The position numbers and the translations under genes were made by a program. The notes under the pieces were generated by a model. The model saw nothing but the letters and a program-made list of their open reading frames with translations. It was not told the origin of the DNA and did not search any database. Positions 10,046 to 19,938 of a DNA stretch of 64,000 nucleotides are shown piece after piece. Every line of letters starts with the position of its first letter. Within the stretch, counting starts at the first letter, position 1. Source of the DNA: Competibacteraceae bacterium UBA6584 (GTDB lineage: Bacteria; Pseudomonadota; Gammaproteobacteria; Competibacterales; Competibacteraceae); assembly GCA_002433805.1 (NCBI GenBank), contig DJIW01000128.1:15472-79471 (forward strand), given 5' to 3'.

Positions 10046-11287
10046 ATGAGCGGTTTGAAAGGCAAGGTCGTGATCGCCCAAGGCGGCGGTCCCACCGTCG
10101 TCATCAATCAGAGTCTGGTCGGCGCGGTGTTGGAATCCCGCAAATTTTCGGAAGTCACTCGCGTCTGGGGCGCGCGTCACGGCGTGCGCGGCATCGTCCA
10201 TCAATCGTTTGTCGATCTGTCCGAAGCGACCACCCACAACCTGGAACGGGTCGCCCAGACGCCCTCATCGGCGCTCGGCTCGACCCGAGACAAACCCGAC
10301 GCCGAGTATTGCCAGAACATCCTCAACGTTTTCAAAAAACATGAGGTCCGCTATTTCTTCTACATCGGCGGCAACGATTCTTCGGACACGGTGCGGATCG
10401 TCGGCGAGTACGCCGTCAAGGAAGGTTACGAACTGCGCGCCATTCACATCCCGAAGACGGTGGACAACGATTTGCCGGTCAACGATCACTGTCCCGGCTA
10501 CCCGTCCGCCGCGCGCTTCGTCGCCGGCGCGTTTCGCGGGGCCAACAGCGACAACATGGCCTTGCAGGGCGTTTACATCGCCGTGATCATGGGCCGCCAC
10601 GCCGGTTGGCTGACTGCCGCCTCCGCCCTGGCCCGCCAGCACGACGACGACGGCCCGCATTTGATCTATCTGCCGGAGCGGCAATTTTCGATTGACCGCT
10701 ATCTGGCCGACATCGAGCGCGTTTACCAACGGCACGGCCGCTGCGTCATCGCCATTTCCGAAGGGGTCTGGGCGAATCGCGACGGCAAGGGCAAGGAAAT
10801 TCCGCTCGCCGCCGATCTGATGCGCAAGGCGGGCCGCCAACCCGAAGTCGACGCGCACGGCAATGTCCAGCTTTCCGGCGGGGCGCTGGCCGACGAGTTG
10901 GCGGCGACCGTGCAAGGCGGTTTGGGAATCAAGCGGGTGCGCGCCGACACCTTCGGCTATCTGCAACGTTCCTTCCCCGGCGTGGTGTCGGATGTGGACG
11001 CCCGCGAGGCGCGCGAGGTGGGCGAGAAGGCGGCGCACTACGCCTGCGGGCAGGGGGTCAGCGGCTCGGTGGTCATCAAGCGCGCCGGCGACTATGCCGC
11101 GCGCTATGAACTGGCGGATGTCAGACAAATCGCGGCTCAGACCCGGCACATGCCCGATGAGTTTATCAACGCCGAAGGCAATAACGTCACCGATGCCTTC
11201 CGCGCCTATCTGCGCCCGCTGCTCGGCGACGGAATGCCCTCTCTGGAGCGGCTGTGGGCGCCGGCGGTGACATTCAACGGCGGATGA
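10046..11287 (+). CDS. pfp: Pyrophosphate-dependent 6-phosphofructokinase
   Basis: QGGGPT, GGNDS (Asp at the PPi-specificity position), PKTVDND, MGRHAG. Confidence 0.88.
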   Translation: MSGLKGKVVIAQGGGPTVVINQSLVGAVLESRKFSEVTRVWGARHGVRGIVHQSFVDLSEATTHNLERVAQTPSSALGSTRDKPDAEYCQNILNVFKKHEVRYFFYIGGNDSSDTVRIVGEYAVKEGYELRAIHIPKTVDNDLPVNDHCPGYPSAARFVAGAFRGANSDNMALQGVYIAVIMGRHAGWLTAASALARQHDDDGPHLIYLPERQFSIDRYLADIERVYQRHGRCVIAISEGVWANRDGKGKEIPLAADLMRKAGRQPEVDAHGNVQLSGGALADELAATVQGGLGIKRVRADTFGYLQRSFPGVVSDVDAREAREVGEKAAHYACGQGVSGSVVIKRAGDYAARYELADVRQIAAQTRHMPDEFINAEGNNVTDAFRAYLRPLLGDGMPSLERLWAPAVTFNGG

Positions 11288-11356
11288 GGGGCAAAGCACG
11301 CTGACGTCATGAAGGGTTTTTCGAGAGCGCCATTGGCTCGGGACGCTATTGCCGTT

Positions 11357-12142
11357 TCAAGCGCTTAGCGCCTGTTCCGCCGCCGCCGCGTCGGCGCGCA
11401 AATGCGCGGGGTCGAGCGTGCCGACCACCACGCTGCCGACGCCTGGCTCGCCGTAAATCAAACGCAGCGCCGCCAGTACCGGATCTGCATCGCTTTGATC
11501 GAGATGGCCGCTTTGTAATGCCTTCTTGATCAAGACGCCCTTACCGGCGTCACGGGCGGCGCGGATCACCGGTAAATCGGCCCGCTCGCGCGGATTATAG
11601 GTCACCATGACCACATCGCAGTACTCGACCGCCCGCAGGCCGCCGGCGACGGTTTTGGTGGACATCCCCACCGCCCGCACCCAACCCGCTTGTTGGAGAT
11701 CGCGTAGAACGGGCAATGCCGCTTCCTGTTCCAGAATGGCCAAATCGTCGCCATTGGAATGAATCAGCACCGCATCCAGCGTCTCCACGCCCAAGCGGCG
11801 CAGGCTGCGCTCCACGCTGGCGCGGGTGGCGGCGGCGGAAAAATCGAAGCGGGAGACGCCAGCGCTGAAATCTTCGCCGACTTTGGTGACGATCACCCAC
11901 TCGCGCCGGCACTGCCGCAGCAACCGACCCAAACGCTCCTCGCTCGCGCCGTAAGCCGGCGCGGTGTCCAGCAGGTTGATCCCCAGATCCCAAGCCATTT
12001 CCAACAGGTTCAGGATCGCCCGGTCCGTCGGCAGCTCGAAGGTTCGAGGATATTTGACGCCCTGGTTGCGACCGAATTTAACCGTCCCCAAGCCCAGCGG
12101 ACTGACCCGCAATCCGGTCAGACCTAAAGCCCTTAACTCCAA
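11357..12142 (-). CDS. Aldo/keto reductase
   Basis: LGLGTVKFGR, LLDTAPAYG, TKVGE, LIHS; likely TTG start at 12142 overlapping the upstream gene end. Confidence 0.88.
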   Translation of the reverse strand: MELRALGLTGLRVSPLGLGTVKFGRNQGVKYPRTFELPTDRAILNLLEMAWDLGINLLDTAPAYGASEERLGRLLRQCRREWVIVTKVGEDFSAGVSRFDFSAAATRASVERSLRRLGVETLDAVLIHSNGDDLAILEQEAALPVLRDLQQAGWVRAVGMSTKTVAGGLRAVEYCDVVMVTYNPRERADLPVIRAARDAGKGVLIKKALQSGHLDQSDADPVLAALRLIYGEPGVGSVVVGTLDPAHLRADAAAAEQALSA

Positions 12143-13326
12143 ATCAAATCCTCGCGATCCCACGGATAGGTCGCCACCGCCGGTCGCGGCCATTCGTCTA
12201 ATATGCGCAAATCGACCGGTTTGGGTTTCAGATCGAGCTTCCGCAAGGTGTTTTCGACCTGCTCGGCCAGCAGCGGGGCTAGCGCCAGCTTGGTCGGCCA
12301 AACCGCAAGCGTCCGCCCGTCGCGGGATACGCTGGGCCCCACCGGCCGGCTGCCGCCATCCTGACGGGACTCCGCCCGCTTGACGGTAAAAGTGGCAAAT
12401 TGGATCTTCGACCAATCCACCGACGGCAGCAACGCCGCCAGCTCGCGGCGCGCGACCCTAATCTGCTCCTGACGGTCGCGCTTGACCCCCGATTCGGCCA
12501 ATTCTCCCCCCAAATACCATAGCAAGTGGCCATTGGCGTCGCAGTGGGTGGTGATGGTCAGGCGCGGCACATCGCTGGAGTTCACGAAGTGGCCGTACAT
12601 CGGCCCCGGCAAACCGAGCCCCCGCACCAGCACCATATGCAGGGGTCGCTGCTGCAGCGGAGCCCACGGCACCGCCGAATTGCCCGCTCCGGCGGCGAAG
12701 ATCGTGCAAGACGGCCGGATTGCCAACATCGGATGGTTGGGATAGCGCAAGGTGATCGCGCCGTCGCCGGAGGGCGCCGCCGGCCCGTCGCACAGCACGA
12801 TGGCCTCTCGGTGGCGTTCGGCGAACGACGCCAGCACCGAAGCCACATCCACGATCGGTTCATCCAACCGGTAGACCGTGCCCTCAAAGGCGGCTTGGCG
12901 CAACGCGGGCGGATAATCGTTGGCCTCGACTCCCGCCAGTTTTTGCAGCCGATCCGGCAGCATTTTGCTGGCCAGAAAACCGGTCAACCAGGAGCGCGGG
13001 GAGCGGGTCGCCAGCAGATACTGGTGTTCGACCAACAGGGAGCCGCGCAGGTCGATTTCGCCTTCTCCGTTCAGGCAGCGCCGCCAGAGGGCGGGCATTT
13101 CGGAAATCATCTGGGCGGCTTCGGTGAGCCTTCCGTTCAGCGAGTATTTGACCCCGCCGTGGATGATGCCTTGCGAGCAAATCGTCTGGCCGGCGCCCAA
13201 GGCTTCGCTTTCGATCAACAAGGCGCTGTAACCGCGCTTGCGCAATCGCGAGAGCATCCACAACCCGGCGATGCCGCCGCCGATGATGGCGACGTCGACC
13301 CGCAATATGCTATTGGTTAGATTCAT
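12133..13326 (-). CDS. FAD-dependent oxidoreductase (DAO-like)
   Basis: [11 protein letters not shown] Rossmann motif, [25 protein letters not shown]; ATG at 13326 overlaps the hldE stop. Confidence 0.85.
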   Translation of the reverse strand: MNLTNSILRVDVAIIGGGIAGLWMLSRLRKRGYSALLIESEALGAGQTICSQGIIHGGVKYSLNGRLTEAAQMISEMPALWRRCLNGEGEIDLRGSLLVEHQYLLATRSPRSWLTGFLASKMLPDRLQKLAGVEANDYPPALRQAAFEGTVYRLDEPIVDVASVLASFAERHREAIVLCDGPAAPSGDGAITLRYPNHPMLAIRPSCTIFAAGAGNSAVPWAPLQQRPLHMVLVRGLGLPGPMYGHFVNSSDVPRLTITTHCDANGHLLWYLGGELAESGVKRDRQEQIRVARRELAALLPSVDWSKIQFATFTVKRAESRQDGGSRPVGPSVSRDGRTLAVWPTKLALAPLLAEQVENTLRKLDLKPKPVDLRILDEWPRPAVATYPWDREDLIWS

Positions 13327-14750
13327 GTTCGACTCAAGATACGTGCGATGGTGCTGGTGGTCGAGCAACCGTCAATATAATCCATAACCACGACGTGGCC
13401 GCCTGCTTCCCAAACGCAGCGATTGCCGGGAATCCGGGTGGGATCATTGTCGCCGCCTTTCACCAGATAATCGGGCGCGACCGCGCAAATCAGCCGTTCC
13501 GGAGTATCTTCGGCAAAGGGCACGACCCAATCGACCGAGGTGAGGCCGGCCAAAACGCGCATCCGCTGCTCTAGCGGGTTGACCGGCCGGTCCGATCCTT
13601 TCAGCCGGCGCACCGAGGCGTCGTCGTTGACCGCCACGATCAAGCGGCTTCCAAGCCGCTTGGCCTGTTCGAGATAGCTGACGTGGCCGGCGTGCAGAAT
13701 GTCGAAACAGCCGTTGGTCATGACGATGGTTTCGTCGTGCGCCTTGGCGTCGGCAATCGCAGGCAATAATTGTGCCTCATCCACAATCCCGCGCGGCGGC
13801 TCGTCGTGTGGGTAGATGGCCCGACGCAGTTCGGAGGCGGTGACGCTGGCGGCTCCCAACTTGCCGACCGCGATTCCGGCGGCTAAATTGGCCAGCAAGG
13901 TCGCTTCCGCCAGCGCCAGCCCGGCGGCCAAACCCGCCGCCAGGGTGGCGATCACGGTGTCGCCCGCGCCGGTCACGTCGTAAACTTCGCGCGCGCGGGC
14001 GGCTAAATGCAGCGGTTCGGCGGCCGCTTGCAGCAACGTCATGCCTTGCTCGCCTCGGGTGATCAACAGCGCGTCCCACTCCAAGCGCCGCCGCAGCGCG
14101 TCACCTTTTTCGACCAATTCCGACTCATCGCGGCAGCGGCCGACCACGGTTTCAAATTCCGCCAGATTCGGCGTCAGCAAGCTCGCGCCGCGATAGCGGT
14201 CAAAATCGCGGCCCTTGGGATCGACCAACACCGGTCGGCCGGCGGCGCGGGCGGCGTCGATATAGCACTCGATCCCGCGCAACGCGCCTTTCTGATAGTC
14301 GGACAGCACCACCACATCGGCCCCTGGTAGCGCGGCGGCAAACAGTTCCCGCAAAGCCGAGGGTTCGAAGCCGGGAAAACCGTCCTCGAAATCCAGGCGC
14401 AGCAGCTGCTGGTGGCGGCTGAGCACCCGCAGCTTGGTGATGGTGGCGTGACCGGGCACGCGGACCAGCTCGGCGGCCACGCCCAGCCGCCGCAATTGGC
14501 TTTCCAGGACGCCGGCCGCCTCATCCGCGCCGGTCACGCCGAGCACCCGCGCCCGCGCCCCCAAGGTCGCGATGTTAGCCGCCACGTTGGCCGCGCCGCC
14601 AGGGCGATCTTCCACCGCCTCGACCTTGACCACCGGCACGGGAGCCTCGGGTGAAATGCGGGCGGTGGGGCCGTGCCAGTAGCGGTCCAGCATCACATCG
14701 CCCACAATCAAGATGCGGGCTGATTCGAAACGGGGAATTCGCGCCTTCAT
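13323..14750 (-). CDS. hldE: Bifunctional heptose-7-phosphate kinase / heptose-1-phosphate adenylyltransferase
   Basis: [39 protein letters not shown]. Confidence 0.95.
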   Translation of the reverse strand: MKARIPRFESARILIVGDVMLDRYWHGPTARISPEAPVPVVKVEAVEDRPGGAANVAANIATLGARARVLGVTGADEAAGVLESQLRRLGVAAELVRVPGHATITKLRVLSRHQQLLRLDFEDGFPGFEPSALRELFAAALPGADVVVLSDYQKGALRGIECYIDAARAAGRPVLVDPKGRDFDRYRGASLLTPNLAEFETVVGRCRDESELVEKGDALRRRLEWDALLITRGEQGMTLLQAAAEPLHLAARAREVYDVTGAGDTVIATLAAGLAAGLALAEATLLANLAAGIAVGKLGAASVTASELRRAIYPHDEPPRGIVDEAQLLPAIADAKAHDETIVMTNGCFDILHAGHVSYLEQAKRLGSRLIVAVNDDASVRRLKGSDRPVNPLEQRMRVLAGLTSVDWVVPFAEDTPERLICAVAPDYLVKGGDNDPTRIPGNRCVWEAGGHVVVMDYIDGCSTTSTIARILSRT

Positions 14751-14870
14751 GTACCAAATGAGGAGAGTTTCACGAGAGGTGCATGATAGCATGAGCATTT
14801 TGCGGATTTAGCGAATGATTTGCACTGGATTGGCGCAAAACTCTTGGAATGATGGGGTCATGCTTCGGCC

Positions 14871-16628
14871 ATGACCGGCGGCAAGACGCTTTACCGACGC
14901 CTGTTGCGCTACGTCAGACCGTACGTTCGGATTTTTGCGCTGGCGCTGGCCGGCACGGCGGTGGCCGCGATCACCGAGCCGCTGGTGGCCGCGCTGATCA
15001 AACCGTTGCTGGATGGCAGCTTCGTCGAAAAAGACCCCTATTTGATTCGGATGATGCCGCTGCTGCTGGTGGGCGTATTCATCATTCGGGGCGCGGCCGG
15101 CTTTGTCGGGTCTTTGGGCATGGAGTGGATCGCCCACCGGGTGGTCATGGACTTGCGCAACGCGCTTTTCGCCCGCTTGCTGACGCTGCCGACCCGCTAT
15201 TTCGACGATCATTCGGCGGGCAATCTGTTGTCCCGCCTGACCTACGATGTCAATCAGGTGCTGACCGCCACCACCCAAGCGCTCGTCGCGCTGGTCCGGG
15301 ACGGGCTGGCGGTGGTGGGCTTGCTGTCGTGGATGCTGTATTTGAATTGGAAACTCTCGCTGCTGGCATTTTTGATCGCGCCCGGCATCGCCGCCATCAT
15401 GCGCGTGATTAGCCAGCGCTTGCGGCGGCTGAGCCGGGGCTTGCAAGACAGCATGGGCGAGCTGACCCACGTCATCGACGAGGTGCTACAAGGCCATAAG
15501 GTCATCAAGATTTTCGGCGGGCAACCTTACGAACGAGAGCGCTTCAACCGGGTCAACAACCGGGTGCGCCGGCTCAATCTCAAATTGGCCGCCGCTTCGG
15601 AAGGCAGCGGGCCGCTGGTGCAATTGCTGGCCATCGGCGCGTTGGGGGCGATGATCTATCTGGCCTCGCTGCAATCGGCCGCCAACCAGATTACGGTCGG
15701 GGGCTTCGTCTCGCTGTTCGGCGCGATGGCGATGCTGCTCGCGCCGATCAAGCGCTTGACCAAGGTCAACGAACAGCTGCAACGGGGCTTGGCGGCGGCG
15801 GAAACCGTGTTCGCTCTGCTGGACGAACCGCCCGAACCGGATCGAGGCGGGCGCGAACTCGGTCGCGCCCGAGGCGAGATCTGCTTCCGCGATCTGAGCC
15901 ATCGCTACCGACCGGAAGGACCCGAGGTCATCGCCGGTCTCCATTTAGAGGTGCGACCGGGCGAGACGATTGCCCTGGTCGGGCCTTCCGGCAGCGGCAA
16001 AACCACTTTGATGAGCCTGTTGCCCCGCTTTTACGAACCGGAGGGTGGCGATATTCTGCTAGACGGCGTGCCGATCCGCGAGCTCAAGCTGGCGGACTTG
16101 CGGGCCAATATCGCCTACGTCAGTCAGGAGATCGTGCTGTTCAACGACACGGTCGCCGCCAATATCGCCTACGGCGCCGGCTTGCAAGCGAGTGAAGCGG
16201 AGGTGATCCAAGCCGCCGAAAACGCGCACGCCATGGAGTTTATCCGCGAGTTGCCGCAAGGGCTGCACACCCTCATCGGCGAAAATGGCGCGCGGCTGTC
16301 GGGCGGCCAGCGCCAGCGCCTGGCCATCGCTCGCGCCTTGCTCAAGAACGCGCCCATCCTGATCCTGGACGAGGCCACCTCGGCGCTGGACAGCCATTCC
16401 GAACGCCAGGTCCAAAAGGCCCTGGACACTTTGCGCCGAGGGCGCACCGCCTTCGTCATCGCACATCGTCTGTCCACCATCGAAACCGCCGACCGGATCG
16501 TGGTGCTCGATCGAGGCCGCATCGTCGAAGTGGGCAATCACGCTGAATTACTCAGCCGTCAAGGACTGTATACCCGCTTGTACCACCTGCACGCCCATGA
16601 CCCCCAAACAACAAAGTTGCAAAAATAA
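14871..16628 (+). CDS. msbA: Lipid A export ABC transporter
   Basis: ABC TM domain plus [26 protein letters not shown]; divergent from hldE. Confidence 0.92.
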   Translation: MTGGKTLYRRLLRYVRPYVRIFALALAGTAVAAITEPLVAALIKPLLDGSFVEKDPYLIRMMPLLLVGVFIIRGAAGFVGSLGMEWIAHRVVMDLRNALFARLLTLPTRYFDDHSAGNLLSRLTYDVNQVLTATTQALVALVRDGLAVVGLLSWMLYLNWKLSLLAFLIAPGIAAIMRVISQRLRRLSRGLQDSMGELTHVIDEVLQGHKVIKIFGGQPYERERFNRVNNRVRRLNLKLAAASEGSGPLVQLLAIGALGAMIYLASLQSAANQITVGGFVSLFGAMAMLLAPIKRLTKVNEQLQRGLAAAETVFALLDEPPEPDRGGRELGRARGEICFRDLSHRYRPEGPEVIAGLHLEVRPGETIALVGPSGSGKTTLMSLLPRFYEPEGGDILLDGVPIRELKLADLRANIAYVSQEIVLFNDTVAANIAYGAGLQASEAEVIQAAENAHAMEFIRELPQGLHTLIGENGARLSGGQRQRLAIARALLKNAPILILDEATSALDSHSERQVQKALDTLRRGRTAFVIAHRLSTIETADRIVVLDRGRIVEVGNHAELLSRQGLYTRLYHLHAHDPQTTKLQK

Positions 16629-16640
16629 TTAAATTATTTT
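16622..16640. promoter_or_regulatory. Perfect AT-rich 9-1-9 inverted repeat, candidate operator
   Basis: AAAATAATT-A-AATTATTTT overlapping the msbA stop, within an AT-rich stretch in a GC-rich context. Confidence 0.4.
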
Positions 16641-16700
16641 CAAATATACAACAATAAGGGGGCAAACGAGCAAATCACAGGTTTACGCGGGCGGCACACG

Positions 16701-16889
16701 ATGGGCGGCACTACTGATTTTTCCAAGAAGCTGGCGCCGCTGTTGCCGCAGGCCTTCCGGCAAGGCATCGAAGCGGCGAGACGGAATGATGATCGCAATC
16801 CCTATGTCCCGGACACCTATTTTTATCATGCCTGGATCGCCGGTTGGGCGATGCTCGCGCGCGGCTGGTGCGACGGCGGCAGTTTGTAA
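16701..16889 (+). CDS. Small Rmf/CrpP-fold-like protein
   Basis: AFRQGIEAA...NPY...HAWIAGW matches the A-x3-G-x2-A...PY...W-x2-GW pattern of Rmf/CrpP proteins; weak RBS. Confidence 0.55.
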   Translation: MGGTTDFSKKLAPLLPQAFRQGIEAARRNDDRNPYVPDTYFYHAWIAGWAMLARGWCDGGSL

Positions 16890-17079
16890 CCGGCTTTAAC
16901 GACGGCGAGGCTGAAATCGGAGCGTGATCTGGCCCCCGGCCGGATCTCAGCCAAACCCTGGGACGGCGAGCGGCGCGGGCCGCTCCCGCCACCAGGCGAT
17001 AAAACTTGCTCGGGCGCGCCCGGCCGATCCATCATCGGGCTTCGCCTCACTTACTTTCACTCAAGACGGGTATCGATCC

Positions 17080-17616
17080 ATGCGCAAACTGTTTTCGCTG
17101 CTGCTCGCCAGCAGCTTGTCGGGTCTTACGCCGGCCTGGGCGGCCGAAGGCGACTGGGATCGAGCCAGAGCGGCTCACGAGCGCGGCGATTACGCTGCGG
17201 AACTCGCCATCGTCCGACCGATGGCCGAAAAGGGTTACCCTTTCGCCCAATTCAATCTCGGCGTGCTCTACGATGAGGGTAAAGGCGTGCCGGAGGACAA
17301 CGCCAAGGCGATGGAATGGTATCGCAGAGCGGCGGATCAGGGCTTTCCGCAGGCCCAGGTCAATCTAGGCATCATGCACCAACACGGCGAAGGCACGCCG
17401 GCGAGTCCGGTGGCAGCCTACTTCTGGTATGCGCTGGCGGAAAAACAAGGCGACGGTCAAGCCGGCCAAGCCAAACAGGATATCGCCAAAAAAATGACGC
17501 CCGCGCAAATTCAAGACGCGGAACGGCAAATCCAGAACTATCTGGCCACCCATAAATTCACCGTTCCACCCGCGCCGCCCGCGCCGGGTTCCGGCACCAA
17601 GCACGGCAACGGCTGA
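17080..17616 (+). CDS. Secreted Sel1-repeat protein
   Basis: Signal peptide MRKLFSLLLA...AWA; Sel1 repeats AQFNLGVLYDEGKGV...AMEWYRRAADQG and AQVNLGIM. Confidence 0.88.
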   Translation: MRKLFSLLLASSLSGLTPAWAAEGDWDRARAAHERGDYAAELAIVRPMAEKGYPFAQFNLGVLYDEGKGVPEDNAKAMEWYRRAADQGFPQAQVNLGIMHQHGEGTPASPVAAYFWYALAEKQGDGQAGQAKQDIAKKMTPAQIQDAERQIQNYLATHKFTVPPAPPAPGSGTKHGNG

Positions 17617-17640
17617 ACTCGGAACGGCCCCGCCTTGGGG

Positions 17641-19458
17641 TCAGGACGTGGGATAAACGATCAGTTTTTGACCGGCCTTCAACACGCTGTTCACGCTCAG
17701 GTTGTTCCACTGCGCCAGCGCTTGCGAGGACACGCCGTGGCGCTTGGCGATAATCGCCAAGGTCTCGCCTTTCTTGACCGTGTAACGGTTGGGGGCTATC
17801 AAGCGCGCGCCCGGCACTTTGGCGACAAACTCCTGGGCTTGCGCCGAGGGCAGCAATAGGTTGTAAGCGCGCGACGGCGGTTCGACGCCGGCTTTAAAAC
17901 CTGGATTGAAGCGGAAAAAATCCTCGGGCGACATACCGGACAGCGCGAGCGCGTCGGCGATCTTGACCTCGGGCGCAAGATCGATCCGAGACAAATACGG
18001 ATGGTTGTCCATCATGGCCAGCCGCAGGCCGTAGGCTTCGGGATTGGACACGAGCCGGGCCAGCGCCAAAATTCTCGGCACGTAATCCTGGGTTTCCTTG
18101 GGAAGCTTCAGCCGCCAAAAAACCGACTCCGGTTTTTCCGGCGGGGCTTTGGCTTGGTCCGGTAATTTCGCCTTGGCGAATTGGGTAAAGGCGGTGTTGC
18201 GCCCGAGCGGCGCGGGCGGCGGGACCAGCGCGGCGGACCCCGCGGGCGCCGTCGTCGCGACGGCCGGCGATGCGGGAATCGCCGCCAGCGCGGGAAGCGG
18301 GGCTTGAGCGACCGGCGGCAGATTCGCCAAAGGTCCGGAAAACGGACTGGATGCCGGTTGTTGCGCCGCCAGCTTCATCGCCTCGGCTTGTTTCCTCGCC
18401 TCCTCCGCCAGGCGTTTGGCTTCTTCCGCCGCCTGCTTCTTCGCTTCCGCCGCCGCCTTGGCTTCCGCGCGGGCGTTGTTCTCGATGGCGTCTTGCACCG
18501 CGCCCGGACCGGCGTTGTAAGCCGCCAGCGCCAGCAGCCAATCACCCTTGAAATAGCGGTTCAAAAAGCGCAGATACGCCAGCGCCGCGCCGGTCGAGGT
18601 GTGAATATCGAGCCGGCCGTCATAACCCTCGGCAATCAGCAAACCGTGCTCCTGTCCGGTCGACGGAATGATTTGCCACAGACCGGCCGCCGCCTTGGGA
18701 GAAACCGCCGTCGGCTCGAAGGCGCTCTCCACCATCGGCACCAACGCGAGATCCGCCGGCAAACCCCGGCGGTCGATCTGCTCCACGATGTAGTGCAAAA
18801 ACGGCCGGGACCGTTGCGACAACAAATTCAGATAACCGGGATTGCGCTTCAGAAACGCGATCTGTTCGTCGATTCGGGGATGTTCCACCGAGGCCAGCAC
18901 CGACCGACCCCGCACCCGACCCCACAAATCCTTGCGGACCGGCCCTACGAATTTACGCTTTTTAGGCGCGGCCGCGACCGGATGACGGCGCTGGCCCTTG
19001 AGCGCCGTGGGCCGATCAATTTTGGCGGCCGCCGGTCCGGGGGGAGCCGTTTTGACGGGTTCCGAAACCGTGGCGGCTTGGCCGGGTTGCGCGGGTAAAA
19101 TCATGCTGACCCGGCCGCCGGCCGCCTTTGCGGGTGCGACCGGTTCCGCCGCTGGAACGGCCGGATTCGGCTGGATAGGAACGGTCAGGCTCACTCTGGC
19201 ATTCGGGCTTTTGGCATTTTTTTTGGTTTTGCCGGCCAGCACCACATCCTTGGATGAACCGACCCGCTTGCCGGCGATTTTGCTTTGACGGTACTCGGAT
19301 GGATCGCGCGTCTGCCAGTAATCGACATAGGGCTGCTCGGCGTCGCCCTTCATCCGCCTTGAGGATTCCCAAACGCCGGTCAAGGGCAAGTCGGCGCAAG
19401 CGCTGAGCAGCGATCCCATGGATAGCGCGATGAGGCTGGTTCGGATAGCTTTCGTCAT
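17641..19458 (-). CDS. MltD-like lytic transglycosylase lipoprotein with one LysM domain and low-complexity insertions
   Basis: Lipobox LSAC, SLT motifs MVESAF, AAGLWQI, ALAAYNAG, ETQDYV; C-terminal LysM YTVKKGETL. Confidence 0.85.
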   Translation of the reverse strand: MTKAIRTSLIALSMGSLLSACADLPLTGVWESSRRMKGDAEQPYVDYWQTRDPSEYRQSKIAGKRVGSSKDVVLAGKTKKNAKSPNARVSLTVPIQPNPAVPAAEPVAPAKAAGGRVSMILPAQPGQAATVSEPVKTAPPGPAAAKIDRPTALKGQRRHPVAAAPKKRKFVGPVRKDLWGRVRGRSVLASVEHPRIDEQIAFLKRNPGYLNLLSQRSRPFLHYIVEQIDRRGLPADLALVPMVESAFEPTAVSPKAAAGLWQIIPSTGQEHGLLIAEGYDGRLDIHTSTGAALAYLRFLNRYFKGDWLLALAAYNAGPGAVQDAIENNARAEAKAAAEAKKQAAEEAKRLAEEARKQAEAMKLAAQQPASSPFSGPLANLPPVAQAPLPALAAIPASPAVATTAPAGSAALVPPPAPLGRNTAFTQFAKAKLPDQAKAPPEKPESVFWRLKLPKETQDYVPRILALARLVSNPEAYGLRLAMMDNHPYLSRIDLAPEVKIADALALSGMSPEDFFRFNPGFKAGVEPPSRAYNLLLPSAQAQEFVAKVPGARLIAPNRYTVKKGETLAIIAKRHGVSSQALAQWNNLSVNSVLKAGQKLIVYPTS

Positions 19459-19646
19459 TGTCGTCTCTCGATCACATGGGTGGTTCTGGCGGACCGCGAC
19501 CAAGCCGCCGCCGTCTCGCCGGTTGCACTCACAGTTCGTCATTCTTAAAAAATAAAGCCCCTCTAGTTTCCGCCGCCGCCGCCGATAACATGATCAAAGG
19601 CCGGCAACCTGCCCGGATACGATACGGTTTTCCAAAGGAACGAATC

Positions 19647-19880
19647 ATGAACGGCAACACGATTCATTGCAAAGCGCTCGATAAAGCCAGTTTTAGCATG
19701 GCGATGGCCGAACGGGTAGGTCTACACGGCTACTCCATTCTTTCTTATGCGATTTTCAGCCCCAGACGCGCGCACGGCTGGACCTTCACCCGTAAAGGGA
19801 GCATTGAGGTGATCCGGGTCGAGGCGGAAGCGCTCGCCCAATTGTATCCGAGCACCGGACGCGAACCCGCAGCGGTTTGA
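19647..19880 (+). CDS. Hypothetical small protein (77 aa)
   Basis: ATG preceded by AAGGAA; fills an otherwise empty ~480 bp gap; no recognisable motif. Confidence 0.35.
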   Translation: MNGNTIHCKALDKASFSMAMAERVGLHGYSILSYAIFSPRRAHGWTFTRKGSIEVIRVEAEALAQLYPSTGREPAAV

Positions 19881-19938
19881 GCGGTTTTCCGGCATGTCGG
19901 AACCGTCAAGGGCCGATTCTGATCCGCCGCGCCGCTGG

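Noticed and set aside
12143-12415. N-terminal extension of the aldo/keto reductase ORF
   Set aside because: Overlaps the FAD oxidoreductase; family similarity begins at the TTG at 12142
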